Source: Antedon mediterranea
Taxonomy: Eukaryota > Animalia > Echinodermata
Length of the DNA stretch: 64,000 nt
Direction: 5' to 3'
Assembly: GCF_964355755.1 (NCBI RefSeq)
Contig: NC_092680.1
Coordinates: 12,843,045 to 12,907,044 of the forward strand
Shown: in pieces, positions 12,993 through 25,200 of the stretch
How the letters are laid out: each line of letters begins with the position of its first letter
Position numbering within the stretch: the first letter of the stretch is position 1
Position numbers and translations under genes: made by a program
Notes under the pieces: generated by a model
What the model was told of the DNA's origin: nothing
The model's database searches: none
The model's input: the letters and a program-made list of their open reading frames with translations, nothing else

Positions 12993-13896
12993 GGCCTGCA
13001 TCAATGAGGCTAAAACTTTAAAATACAGTGATACTGGAACTGACGATACTGAAAACGTTGAGCCTACCCAAACTAGGCCTGCCAAGTCCACCTCTTCATC
13101 ATTTTATTCTTGAGTCGTGTCATAAGCCAGTGTCTGAGCAACATCATTATCTTCTTGAGTTGTGTCACAATCAGTGTCGGAGCAACATCATTATCTTCTT
13201 GAGTTGTGTCATAAGCCAGTGTCCTAGCAACATCATTATCTTCTCGAGTTGTGTCACAATCCGTGTCGGAGCAACATCATTATCTTCTTGAGTTGTGTCA
13301 AAAGCCAGTGTCCTAGCAACATCATTATCTTCTCGAGTTGTGTCACAAGCCAGTGTCGGAGCAACATCATTATCTTCTCGAGTTGTGTCATAAGCCAGTG
13401 TTGGAGCAACATCATTATCTTCTCGAGTTGTGTCATAAGCCAAGGTGGGATTATCTTCTTTATCTGGTTTTTCATCAGTTTCATCCGCATACCTCTGAGT
13501 GGCTTCCGCAGCTAGGCCTTCCACTTCTCCCTCTTCATCAGTCTCTTCATCACCATACCTCTGAGTGGCTGCTTCAGCCGCATAAGCCTGGGTGCTGTAG
13601 CTAGGCTTGCTAAGTCCAACTCTTCATCAGTCTCTTTAACATCACCATACCTCTGAGTGGCTGCATCAGACGCATAAGCCTGGGTTGGTGCTGTAGCTAG
13701 GCCTTCCACTTCTCCCTCTTCATCAGTCTCTCACCATACCTCTGAGTGGCTGCTTCAGCTGGTACAGTAACTATGTCTTTATCTGTTTCTTTTTGAGTGG
13801 CTGCTTCAGTTATTGTGTAAAGCTACAGCAGCCACCCAGGCTTATGCGGCTGAAGCAGCCACTCAGAGGTATTGTGATGTTGAAGAGGGAGACTTG
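12993..13896. pseudogene. Rearranged duplicate of the large MDC1 TQ-repeat exon (short forward arms, inverted core)
   Basis: 12993-13073 matches 26739-26820 in forward orientation. 13074-~13820 is the reverse complement of MDC1 repeat sequence (TQEDND, ATQRY and ATQAY units, back to 26821). ~13821-13896 is a forward ATQAY/ATQR unit. Confidence 0.92.
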
Positions 13897-14090
13897 TATA
13901 ATGGTGAATATTTTAAAGAGAGTAACTTCAGCTAAGGTTGTATATAAAAATAAAATGGTTATTAAAGAAAGTGCTGCAAGTAGTAGATAAATGATTGACC
14001 TTATTAATTTTTGTCAATAATATTATTTTTTTAAACCTTGTACAAAATTGGGTTATGTTAACAAATGTAATGTTTGTCTAATAATATTAA

Positions 14091-14365
14091 AGATGTATTG
14101 TCCCCCTGAAAAAATATTTCTTAACAGTTGAATATGCCATTTTCACCAAAAATGGGATCGAAAAAAAATGTATTTACCTGAATAAACTACAATTTAAAGC
14201 AAACAAATTTGTCAAATTGTCTGCCAACCAATGGGTTTTTGGTTGAATCTAACCATTTATTTTGTCATTTTATATGTGAAAACTTTATTAAAACTACAAA
14301 ATAACATATTTAAAGTCTCATTTAATTAATCTTCATTTTTCATGTTTTTGGGGGACAATACATCT
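14091..14365. mobile_element. Kolobok-like MITE
   Basis: TTAA on both sides; TIR agatgtattgtccccc...gggggacaatacatct. A half copy lies near 51905-51930. Confidence 0.7.
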
Positions 14366-14624
14366 TTAACATAATGGTCACTATCAATCAATATAGATAT
14401 GTTTGATTTTGTATTAATGTATTTGAAGGCCACTATAATCGACAATATCACGATTAAAATACTTTGTCATAATTTGTGGACATTCTAAATCGGTGCAAGT
14501 ATGAGATACTATCTAGATTATTGCATTGAGAATCAGACAAGTATATTGTCACTATTCTTGTAGATATTTGTTATGGTAGAGATACAAATGTGATACCAGT
14601 TGTTTTAAAACTGATACCTGTTGT

Positions 14625-14769
14625 GCTTGGTTCCCACTAGAGACGCAACGCAAGGACGTAACGCAACATAAGTAACTTGACCAATCACAAGCGATGGATT
14701 ATTCAAACTGTCGCTTGTCATTGGATAACAGGCTTACGTTGCGTTACGTCTCAGTGGGAACCAAGCTTT
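14625..14769. mobile_element. PIF/Harbinger-like MITE family B (GCTTGGTTCCCACTAG termini)
   Basis: TIR gcttggttcccact...agtgggaaccaagc with TAA/TTA flanks in the better copies. Further copies ~37020-37132, 39677-39830, 39878-40096, 41570-41725, 42616-42770, 46413-46569, 48333-48472. Confidence 0.75.
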
Positions 14770-16641
14770 ACGCTGTGGTGTCAAATACAAACTACATATT
14801 ACTTTATGTCTAAAGCTAAGTATGTCCAAATACAATTCACTGTAAAGCTTACTTAAGAAAAAAGGTTACGCTGTGATTGGCTTAATGTTTGACTAACCTA
14901 TTATACACATTTAAATGTCCATAATATTTGTTGTAAAATTTAATTCACTTTAATGGTGCAGACGATTTATTGTGTGTCTCTAGTACACAATTCCCCTGTA
15001 TCAACATGTTGAATGCACTTGAATACACTGCTTGTTGAATATGTTTTAGGTAATTCAAAGCTTCATTGAAACTATGGAACTTAATGTCTGTACAATTTTG
15101 AACACTGACTGTATGTCTGTATGTCCCAAATTGTTGTACTGTGCGTTATTTCTCCAATTAGAAATTGGTGTATTCAATTGGGTAAATGTTAGTGGTTGGC
15201 TACCTATTCCAGAGTCCTGGGCTCAAATCCTGTCATGTGATTTTTTTCTCATGAAACATTTTTTTGTCTGTAGAGATCTTGTATTTGTTTGTTGAAAAGG
15301 ATAGTGAGAATTAACTTAGGTTATCCTTTGGAAAGGAAAATTCTCAGTTCTAGTACAATTGTTTGTTTAAATGGTAACTTTAGTTATACATAAAAACATG
15401 TACATTCAATGTAAATTTCTTAATCAAATACAACAAATGACAAACTTAATAATTTTTAAAATGATGAATGTTTTAATTTCACAAGAAGCCTACTGTGGAA
15501 CACCCCTATTAAGGGGACATTTCATATTTAACGAAGGAGGGGAAATAATGTAGTAGTTTTGTAACACTATGGCCAACCAATATTCCTGGAGGCACACCCA
15601 TTAAGGGGATGCTTTGGACGCCTAAAGGTTTTCCTTATTGGGTTTACAGTTAGTGTACAGTAGTGTGTATGATAATGGGTTAAATCATCATTATCCTCTT
15701 TTCACACTTCTAAAGTTCTGTCTACACTATCAAACTAGTTTGAAAAAAAAAAGTGTGATGTGCACAAATATGGTAGTGATATGCCCAAATATGGTAGTGA
15801 TATGACATCATCATGTCCATTTATGGGCACATACAGTTTTTGTGAAATAAGTTTGATAGTGTAGGCAGAGCTTTATGACATTATTTAAATTGTTTACCAG
15901 CAACCTGTTCTGTTTCATATTACCAGGGAAGAGTTAAATTTAACTCTTCCCTGATATAACACACTTTCTAAACACTTTTCAATAGTTTGTATGTAACTAT
16001 TATTAGCAATATATCTGATGGCATACTGTTAGTGTAAGTGATTATTATTTTATATTTCAATCTTCCATTCATTATTATGTTACCTCAATAAAATTAATAA
16101 ACTGAAATCAGTTGAAATGCTTAAATATTTTATGAATTTGACTTGAGATTAATTAGTATTTAGCAATTTTTGTAAATAGTTCATAAGAAAATAAGAAACA
16201 GTTTTGGAATACAAAACCTCGCCACAGCTCTAGTCACTTAATGATATCCCCATAATTTATGCTAAGATCAGAATAATATCAGAGATTATCCCAGGCTCGG
16301 TTAAGTCTTATAAGCAGAATTTATGTCGAGAGAAATTGGTATATTGTTATTTTATAATGTTATAATTAAGATTTGTTTAATTTCAAACCAAATTTCATTT
16401 AAAATAAAGTCTGTCCTGCAAATAACACAACATTGCTTCTTTTTTTAGTGCCTCAAATTCTACATAAAAGTGTCTATTAATAATAATTAATGTGTGGCAC
16501 ACTTTGATGATAAAGGTGCATCCAAATAATAACTTAAAGGAAACAAAATAAATCTCTATTAAAATATTACAATGGGTATATAAAATATTTTCATATGTAA
16601 TTTCATTGACTAAAACAAAATGCAATATAAAAAAAAATTGG

Positions 16642-16713
16642 TGCGTCGGCCGGGAATCGAACCCGGGACAATTGCTTGGAAGGCAACTATGTTAACCACT
16701 ACACCACCGACGC
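16642..16713 (-). tRNA. tRNA-Gly (anticodon TCC)
   Basis: GCGTCGG TG GTGT AGTGGTTA ACAT A GTTGC CTTCCAA GCAAT TGTC CCGGG TTCGATT CCCGG CCGACGC A. Full cloverleaf with A and B boxes, followed by CCAA and a T9 Pol III terminator. Confidence 0.96.
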
Positions 16714-17179
16714 CCATGTTTTAGTCAGGTAGAAATGATTGTATTTAAAAGATATACCAAAGGTAAGCATTTTAACACAATATTTTTCATAAATCTGTGA
16801 CATTTTAATTATTTTATTTCATTTATTTAGACCTTTTATGTTGTTTACATTACATTTTAATGTTTTTTTCGATGTTTATTCATCCACCATCGATATTGTC
16901 ATACTGAGGCTGTTGGTGGCGGGCTCCATTTGTACCTTTCCACCAAAAAATTAAGTTTACGCGCGAGTGACTAATCAAACATGTAGCATGTGTGGACTTG
17001 TTTTCAGCCGTGCTGGGATGTCGAAGATGTGTGTAGGGCCGGCTAGTGTACTTGTCATTGTCAGATTTTATTACTAATTAAGCACTACTACTACTAGGTC
17101 TAGGCCTGTCGGTATACCGTAAGTTCAACATTTTTAGTAGGCTTACAGGCCTCTAGGCCTATAGTAGGTAGCCTAGTAC

Positions 17180-19326
17180 GGTGTCAGATGAAATCGGTCG
17201 CGCTTGAAATCGGTCGCGTTTGAAATCGGTCGCGATAAAATCAACTTCCGGTATTTTGTATGGCGCGCCGCTAGAGCTGTACCTTTGATGATATCGGTCG
17301 CGTTTGAAATCGGTCGCGCTATTTTGTATGGATCGAGCGGGATGCATGCTAGAGCGGGATATACATTTTTCGTTTATATAGTTAATTGATATTTTTTAGG
17401 AACTAGATTATTTATGTGGATATTTTTTACTTGGTTAATAAATATTTATTATCAATCATTAAATTAATTTTTTTTTTGTATTTCACAGGTCTTGGAGAAG
17501 GACTGTGTGTTTTCAAAATGGCCATTTCTAAACACGTTTAAATATTATATGTATTAGGCATAATGTTATATTAGGCATATAATAATTTACCTAGGACCAC
17601 AATGGAAATTTAGGACCACAATGGAAATAAGTTTGCCGTCTCGGTACTTTTTTGTGTTTTTATCCTATTGATTCTATATCAGAATAAAGAAATAAAAATA
17701 AAATACCTCTATTTATATGTACTGTAATTAATATATTATATAGAGAATATACGTCTGTCGTGTCTTTTATTATGCAAACAATTACGTAAAAGAGAACAAT
17801 TATTTATTTAAAAACAATAATTTTTACAATATAGCCCGTAAAGCCAGCGTATCCATTTTTATACTTATGCATATATGTGGCAGATTATATCATCCATGTT
17901 GTTAACAACATACTATTCGATCACCTTATTTTATTTCTATCCGTTATGTAGGATAATATTAAGTATATAATGATTATAGTTGAGGCAAATCACGTGTATA
18001 TTTTTATTTCTAGGCCTAATGTTTAAAATAGTTTTTAGTAAAATGATCATTATTATGCGGATGGTTAAAAAGCGAGTTACTGAAATAAACCCCCGAATAA
18101 GCCATATCGACGGAGATGCGCCTTCTATGATCGTGAAGCTGTTTCCTCTAACAATACGTTATTTTGCTGACGGGGTTTCCTCTTTTTAAAAAACACGCAC
18201 TTGTTAGTGTGTCAACTCATGGACAAAACACGTACGATCGTTGTCCATGGCGAGATAAAGATGACGTCTATTACTAATAACCATACGTTTGAAACGTCTA
18301 TAGGCCTCCTGCACGTGTTTTTGTGAAACGATTCAATGAGCTATAGATGCTCGACGCGATTATGAGATTATGTTCATTCATTCATTCATTCTTTATTTAG
18401 CCTTTAAAATCGAAATACATTTAAAACATATGTAACAAAATCAAGACACGTGGAAATCTAAGGAGGCAAGGATAAGCAAAAGCAATTAAAGTCGCTGTAG
18501 CTCACAGGCTTGCTATATATCCATAATAATTCCGAATAAAGTACTGTTTGTATAATTTGACAGTATGATTTATATATAATTTACGTAAATACGTCGGCGA
18601 TACTATAGATTTTAATTTGAATATCTTTTATTTCTTCATTTATAATAATCATTTAATGTAAATAATTAAGTAAGTGCAACTCAGTGTCTCGCATTCATAC
18701 GCTGTTTAGTAAATCAGTGCAGATTACCTCTTTGAGAATCGTGTTCACCTTTATCTATCATTGTACATCATAGTCCTACTGTAGGCCGGTAGATTGATTT
18801 ATAACGGCATATTATCTATATATTTTATTAATATCCTAAAACCATACGTAATTGTTTGCATAATAAAAGACACGATAGACGTATATTCTCTATATAATAA
18901 TATATTAATTACAGTACATATAAATAGAGGTAAATTATTATATGCCTAATATAACATTATGCCTAATATAATATTTAAACGTGTTTAGAAATGGCCATTT
19001 TGAAAAGACACAGTCCTTCTCCGAGACCTGTGAAATACCCAAAAAATTAATTTAATGATTGATAATAAAAATTACCAAGTAAAGAATATCCACATAAATA
19101 ATCTAGTTCCTAAAAAATATCAATTAAATCTATATAAACGAAAAATATATATCCTGCTCTAGCATGCATCCCGCTCGATCCATTCAAAATAGCGCGACCG
19201 ATTTCAAACGCGACCGATATCATCAAAAGTATAGCTCTAGCGGCGCGCCATACAAAATACCGGATTTTATCGCGACCGATTTCAAACGCGACCGATTTCA
19301 GACGCGACCGATTTCATCGTAAACCC
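17180..19326. mobile_element. Foldback-type non-autonomous DNA element, copy 1
   Basis: Terminus ggtgtcagatg followed by 16-bp subterminal repeats gaaatcggtcgcgttt. Inverted arms ~17180-17790 versus ~18845-19326. Confidence 0.8.
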
Positions 19327-19390
19327 CTAGTACTAGCTAGTAGGCTAGGCTAGCCTAGCCTAACTAGCTTGCTGGATGGGCCTCCCTCCT

Positions 19391-21212
19391 TTCGGTCGCG
19401 TCTGAAATCGGTCGCGTTTGAAATCGGTCGCGATAAAATCAACTTCCGGTATTTTGTATGGCGCGCCGCTAGAGCTATACGTTTGAAATCGGTCGCGTTT
19501 GAAATCGGTCGCGCTATTTTGTATGGAGCGAGATGCATGCTAGCGGGATATACATTTTCTTCGTTTATATAGTTTATTAGTTATCCGCTTATTTAATTGA
19601 TATTTTTTAGTTAGGAACTAGATTATTTATGTGGATATTTTTTATTTTGGTTAATAAATATTTATTATCATTTTTTTTTTATTTCACATGTCTCGGAGAA
19701 GAAGGACTGTGTCTTTTCTAAATGGCCATTTCTAAACACGTTTAAATATTTTATTAGGCATATAATAATTTACCTCTATTTTATTATGCACTGTGTAATT
19801 AATATATTATATAGAGAATATACGTCTGTGTCTTTTATTAATCAAACAATATATAGCCCGTAAAGCCAGCGTATCCATTTTTATACTTATGCATACTGTG
19901 GCAGATATATCATATCCATGTCGTTAAAAACTTACTATTGGATTACCTTACCGTATTTTAATTTCTATTTTATTTATGTCCGTACGTTATGTAGGATAAT
20001 ATTAAGTTTAGGCCTATAATGAATATTGTTGAGGCAAATCACGTGTATATTTTTATTTCTAATGTTTAGGCCTAAAATATTTTCTAGTAAAAAAGGATTA
20101 TTATATGCGGATCGTTAAAAGGCGAGTTACTGAAATAAACCCCGAAATAAGCCATTAATCATATCGTGGATGCGCCTTCTATGATCATGCAGACGTTAAC
20201 TGCACGTTATTTTGCTGACGGGGATTCCCTTAAAAAAAAACACGCACTAGTGTGTCAAATCATGGACAAAACACGTACGGCGATCGTTGTCCATGGGCAT
20301 GTAAAGATGACGTATAATAGGCCTATTACTAATAACCATAAGTTTAAAACATCTATAGGCCTGCACGTGTTTTGTGAAACCTAGTTCCATGGTGAAATGA
20401 TGTATATAATTTACATATATACCTCGGCAATACTATAGTTTTTAATTTGAATATCTTTTATTTCTATATATTTTCTATACATTTATAATAATCACTAGGC
20501 CTATCATTGTACAGTTTAGATTGATATATAACGGCATATTATTTTATTAGTATTATCCTAAAACCATGCTCACGTAAGAGTGGCGGATATCGAACGTAAA
20601 AATCATCGTCATACATCATCTTCCTTTATTGCATAAACCTCATTGAGCTGGTATCCACTTGCAGGTATAGAACTAGTTTCGTAATTAACTGTGATAAGAA
20701 AATACGCAATAGGCGCGTCTACTTGTTTAATTCAACATTTTTAAAACTTTAAACAGTGGCATGCTAATCTTTTCAAAAACTTAAACAATATTCAATAACA
20801 CTTTTTAAAACGATTTTCTAAACGAACACATTACAATTATTCATTGACACCTGTAAGATAAAATGAAAACACAAATTATTTATAAATAATGAGATAAATA
20901 TTTATATTTAAGCCTACTGTACTAAAAAAATAATAACGATCGAGGTAAACAAAATGTTAATAGTATTAGTTAGAAATTCTATATTCAAAATTAACTAAAA
21001 ACATAATTAGCGTTTTCATTAAAAATGTATCGTAGTGCGTCCCATGCAAAATAGCGCGACCGATTTCAAACGCGACCACCGATTTCAAACACGACCGATA
21101 TCATTAAACGTATAGCTCTAGCGGCGCGCCATACAAAATACCGGAAGTTGATTTTATCGCGACCGATTTCAAACGCGACCGATTTCAGACGCGACCGATT
21201 TCATCTGACACC
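19391..21212. mobile_element. Foldback-type element, copy 2 (tandem with copy 1)
   Basis: 19391-~20560 is a direct, diverged repeat of 17190-~18845. The right end 21045-21212 carries inverted subterminal repeats and ends catctgacacc. Confidence 0.8.
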
Positions 21213-21267
21213 CTTTCTAGCCTCTAGCTAGCTAGGCTAGGCCTACATTTATGATATTATTATTTAA

Positions 21268-21893
21268 AGCCCCATTCCCTACGTTTTTTAGATCTATTTT
21301 AAGATCACAAACTATATTTAATGTAAAAATAATACTATATGGTCCTATTGCGATAACTTTTTTCGTCTTTAAACGGTTAAAAATGTGAAAAATAAGTCGA
21401 TTTTAATAATTATAGCGGCCCGCTATAAATCCCAAAATGCATTGCGCGCGGATTGATATTTTTGTTTTTCACCTGTAATTCGCCCACTTTTTGATCGATC
21501 GTGAGGCCAAAACAAATGGAAGACTCCTAACTTTTCAGCGAAAATACCGGGTTTTCCCCAATTTGTATCAACGGAGTCTGGCAAAAATAGAAAGACAATT
21601 AATGCAGCAACTATACAACGTCAGGCTAGGTATATAGCTAGCGTACGATGTTCGTACGTTACCGATGTTTACCAGCTAGGCCTACAAAACTAAGCCTAGC
21701 CAGGCTAGGCCTAAGACCGTCCACGAGAGGTCGATCGCCGCGAGCTACTTAGGTAGTGCATTGTTTCTCACTTTTTATCATAATTTACCACAAAACGTAC
21801 ATTTAAGACAAGGAATGACATGGTTTAATGTTTTTAAAGTGATATATATGTATTATTTTCCAAAAAACGTCCAAAATTGCAGGGAAGGGGTCT
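21268..21893. mobile_element. Kolobok-like MITE
   Basis: TTAA|agccccattccctac ... gcagggaaggggtct|TTAA: imperfect TIRs with TTAA target duplication. Confidence 0.65.
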
Positions 21894-22279
21894 TTAATTA
21901 ATCAGGCCTAGCTAGGCTATTGGTAGGGGTTGGCCTAGCTAGGCCTATCTATTCTAGCTAGCGGGTGGGGTAGGCCTAGCTAGGCCTCAACCCCTACATA
22001 GTATAGTAGTAGGCCTAGCTAGGTCCTACTAGAGTCTTGAGAGACCGGGTCTAGGCCTAGCTAGGCCTAACCTACTAGGTAGGGTCCAGTAAAAAGTCAC
22101 GCCATATCCATCGCAAAGAAGTCGCCCTATCACAAGTGTATGTCCTTATTTTTAACGACATCACATGGATGGAATGGAATATGAATTGCATCATTCATAT
22201 TAATTATATATGTTGTATAGGCCTAGGCCAAATATGTCTAATAGTAATACTTGTTATTTTTCAGATATATGCAATCGGA

Positions 22280-25200
22280 ATGGATTTTGACTTGACACAA
22301 GCAATTCCCCTCTCTGATGTTGAAAGCGACGGCACTGATGATCTTGAAGAAAGTAAACATCCAGTGAGTTTTAAATAATCCCAAGCGTGTAGCCATGCCT
22401 ACATGTAGCCATGCCTATGTGTAGCAATGCCTATGTGTAGCCATGTCTGTAGCCATGCCTACGTGTAGCCATGTCTGTAGCCATGCCTACGTGTAGCCAT
22501 GTCTGTATCTATGCCTATGTGTGTAGCAATGTCTGTATCTATGCCTATGTGTGTAGCAATGTCTGTATCTATGCCTATGTGTGTAGCAATGTCTGTATCT
22601 ATGCCTATGTGTGTAGCAATGTCTGTATCTATGCCTATGTGTGTAGCAATGTCTGTATCTATGCCTATGTGTGTAGCAATGTCTGTATCTATGCCTATGT
22701 GTGTAGCAATGTCTGTATCTATGCCTATGTGTGTAGCAATGTCTGTATCTATGCCTATGTGTGTAGCAATGTCTGTATCTATGCCTATGTGTGTAGCAAT
22801 GTCTGTATCTATGCCTATGTGTGTAGCAATGTCTGTATCTATGCCTATGTGTGTAGCAATGTCTGTATCTATGCCTATGTGTGTAGCAATGTCTGTATCT
22901 ATGCCTATGTGTGTAGCAATGTCTGTATTAATGCCTATGTGTGTAGCAATGTCTGTATCTATGCCTATGTGTGTAGCAATGTCTGTATCTATGCCTATGT
23001 GTGTAGCAATGTCTGTATCTATGCCTATGTGTGTAGCAATGTCTGTATCTATGCCTATGTGTGTAACAATGTCTGTATCTATGCCTATGTGTGTAGCAAT
23101 GTCTGTATCTATGCCTATGTGTGTAGCAATGTCTGTATCTATGCCTATGTGTGTAGCAATGTCTGTATCTATGCCTATGTGTGTAGCAATGTCTGTATCT
23201 ATGCCTATGTGTGTAGCAATGTCTGTATCTATGCCTATGTGTGTAGCAATGTCTGTATCTATGCCTATGTGTGTAGCAATGTCTGTATCTATGCCTATGT
23301 GTGTAGCAATGTCTGTATCTATGCCTATGTGTGTAACAATGCCTGTATCTATGCCTATGTGTGTAGCAATGTCTGTATCTATGCCTATGTGTGTAGCAAT
23401 GTCTACGTGTAGCCATGCCTACTCTACTACATTCACCATCTCACTCACACATTTTCCTTGCTGTTTGAATCCTGGCTAATTTAATTAAAGTTAATTAGTT
23501 AATTAGTATATAATACTGTACTATTAATATGTGTAATCATGAATTAACTCAGTATTGTATCACATTTAAATCTCAAGTTCTAAGTGACATTTAATACTGT
23601 ACATATAAGGGACAAATTTGGTGAGTGTGTCACATAATGGTTTCCTACAGAAATTTCTTAAAAACATCTATTATGTTTCAAATTAAAATATCTCCAGTTA
23701 AAATTAAAGGATTATTTCTTGGTAATATTTTATATTAATTCAACTTCTTACTAACTCTGTTAGAGTATAGGGTCTGGACCAACAGGTGGTAAACACCTCT
23801 ATAAAACGGTCCTATTCCAATTGCTGTGGCTGTTTTTGACAGTGGCTGTGTTTGTGTGGACTAGTACACTAGTAATCCAGATTCTCATGTCATTTACAAT
23901 GTATCTTGTTTTGCAGGTGGCATTTATTAAGGCTGTGAAACAAAAAGGCATTCCAGAAACATCATACCCAATTTATAACGGTGTAAATTTGATTGGAAGA
24001 GGTGAGACAGCGAATGTTTGTATTCCACTCAAGGCATTGTCTAAAGAGCATGCGTGTATTGAGGCTGATGGTGACAGTTTTATTATATACGACAAAGCAA
24101 GTCGAAATAAAACAAGGAGAGGAAAGAAGTTTCTGAAACCAAACGTTGGATATGAATTAAAAGATAAGGACCTGCTGACATTTGGAGATGTCAAGTGTGA
24201 ATTCCTAATCAACCACAATAAAAAGGTATTTGACATTCAGTGACCAACTGACATAAGCCAAACACTGACCTTATAAAACAACCAGTTAGGGAGTCATGAG
24301 ATATGGAAACATCTGTATTTGAACTACCTAACTACTGAAAAAAGTCTCACTGGTTTTTATAGCAGTCACTGCAATCAACAGTGTTTATCATGTTTGTCAT
24401 GATTTCTGTTGCACATTTCTAATTCATGTATATTTTTCCATATGTTATATCTAAAATTCATGTCTGTACCTGAGCTTTAATATCAACTAATTTTTTTAAG
24501 ACACCTGCCCCCAGAACATATTGATTTACTTGTGTAGAATTTACTTTGATTTTATTTCTCTATAGGATGGCGCTATTGAATCGGATTCAGACTCAGAACA
24601 ATCTGAATGTCTTCTTGAGAACGCTAACTTAATACTAGTGAGAAATTCTTAAATATTACATTAAAAACAATAAATGTGTATATCTATTATAAAAAAACCC
24701 ACTTTTCAAATACAGAACAACATGACCTTTAGCACAACTTGGTTTGTTTGATGCAACTCATTTTAAATGTATATAAGGGAGAGCTTTGTCGTCAAATTTC
24801 AGCTACGACGCAATAACTGATTTGGATCTCAGTGGTTCAAGTGTTTAAAGGAGACATTTTTATCATTACTGTGATCATTAAAGTTGCGTACAGTATTGCA
24901 TAGCCGCAGTAGAATTTAAATTCCTCCAAATCAGTAAAGTATCATGTTACATTTGTTATTGTTGCATTATTTCACTAGTTAACATCAACATCACTGAATA
25001 CCACCAGAAACCATCATACAAAACCACTAAGCAGCCTAAACATTGCACATTTCAACAAAACATATTTGATTGAATCTTGACTGCTTTTAGCTGAGTAATT
25101 TTGGTAAAATTCTCAAACTCAACATTTACAAGCATGTAACTTATAATTATGAAAATTTTAATTTTCAGAATACTGGGCAACAATCAGATGTCGATGACTC

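Noticed and set aside
13171-13709. Minus-strand ORFs as a second functional MDC1-like gene
   Set aside because: Fragmentary, frameshifted and bounded by inversion junctions; no FHA or BRCT exons nearby.
22471-23479. ORFs of 313, 326 and 162 aa
   Set aside because: Translations of the intronic 30-bp minisatellite.
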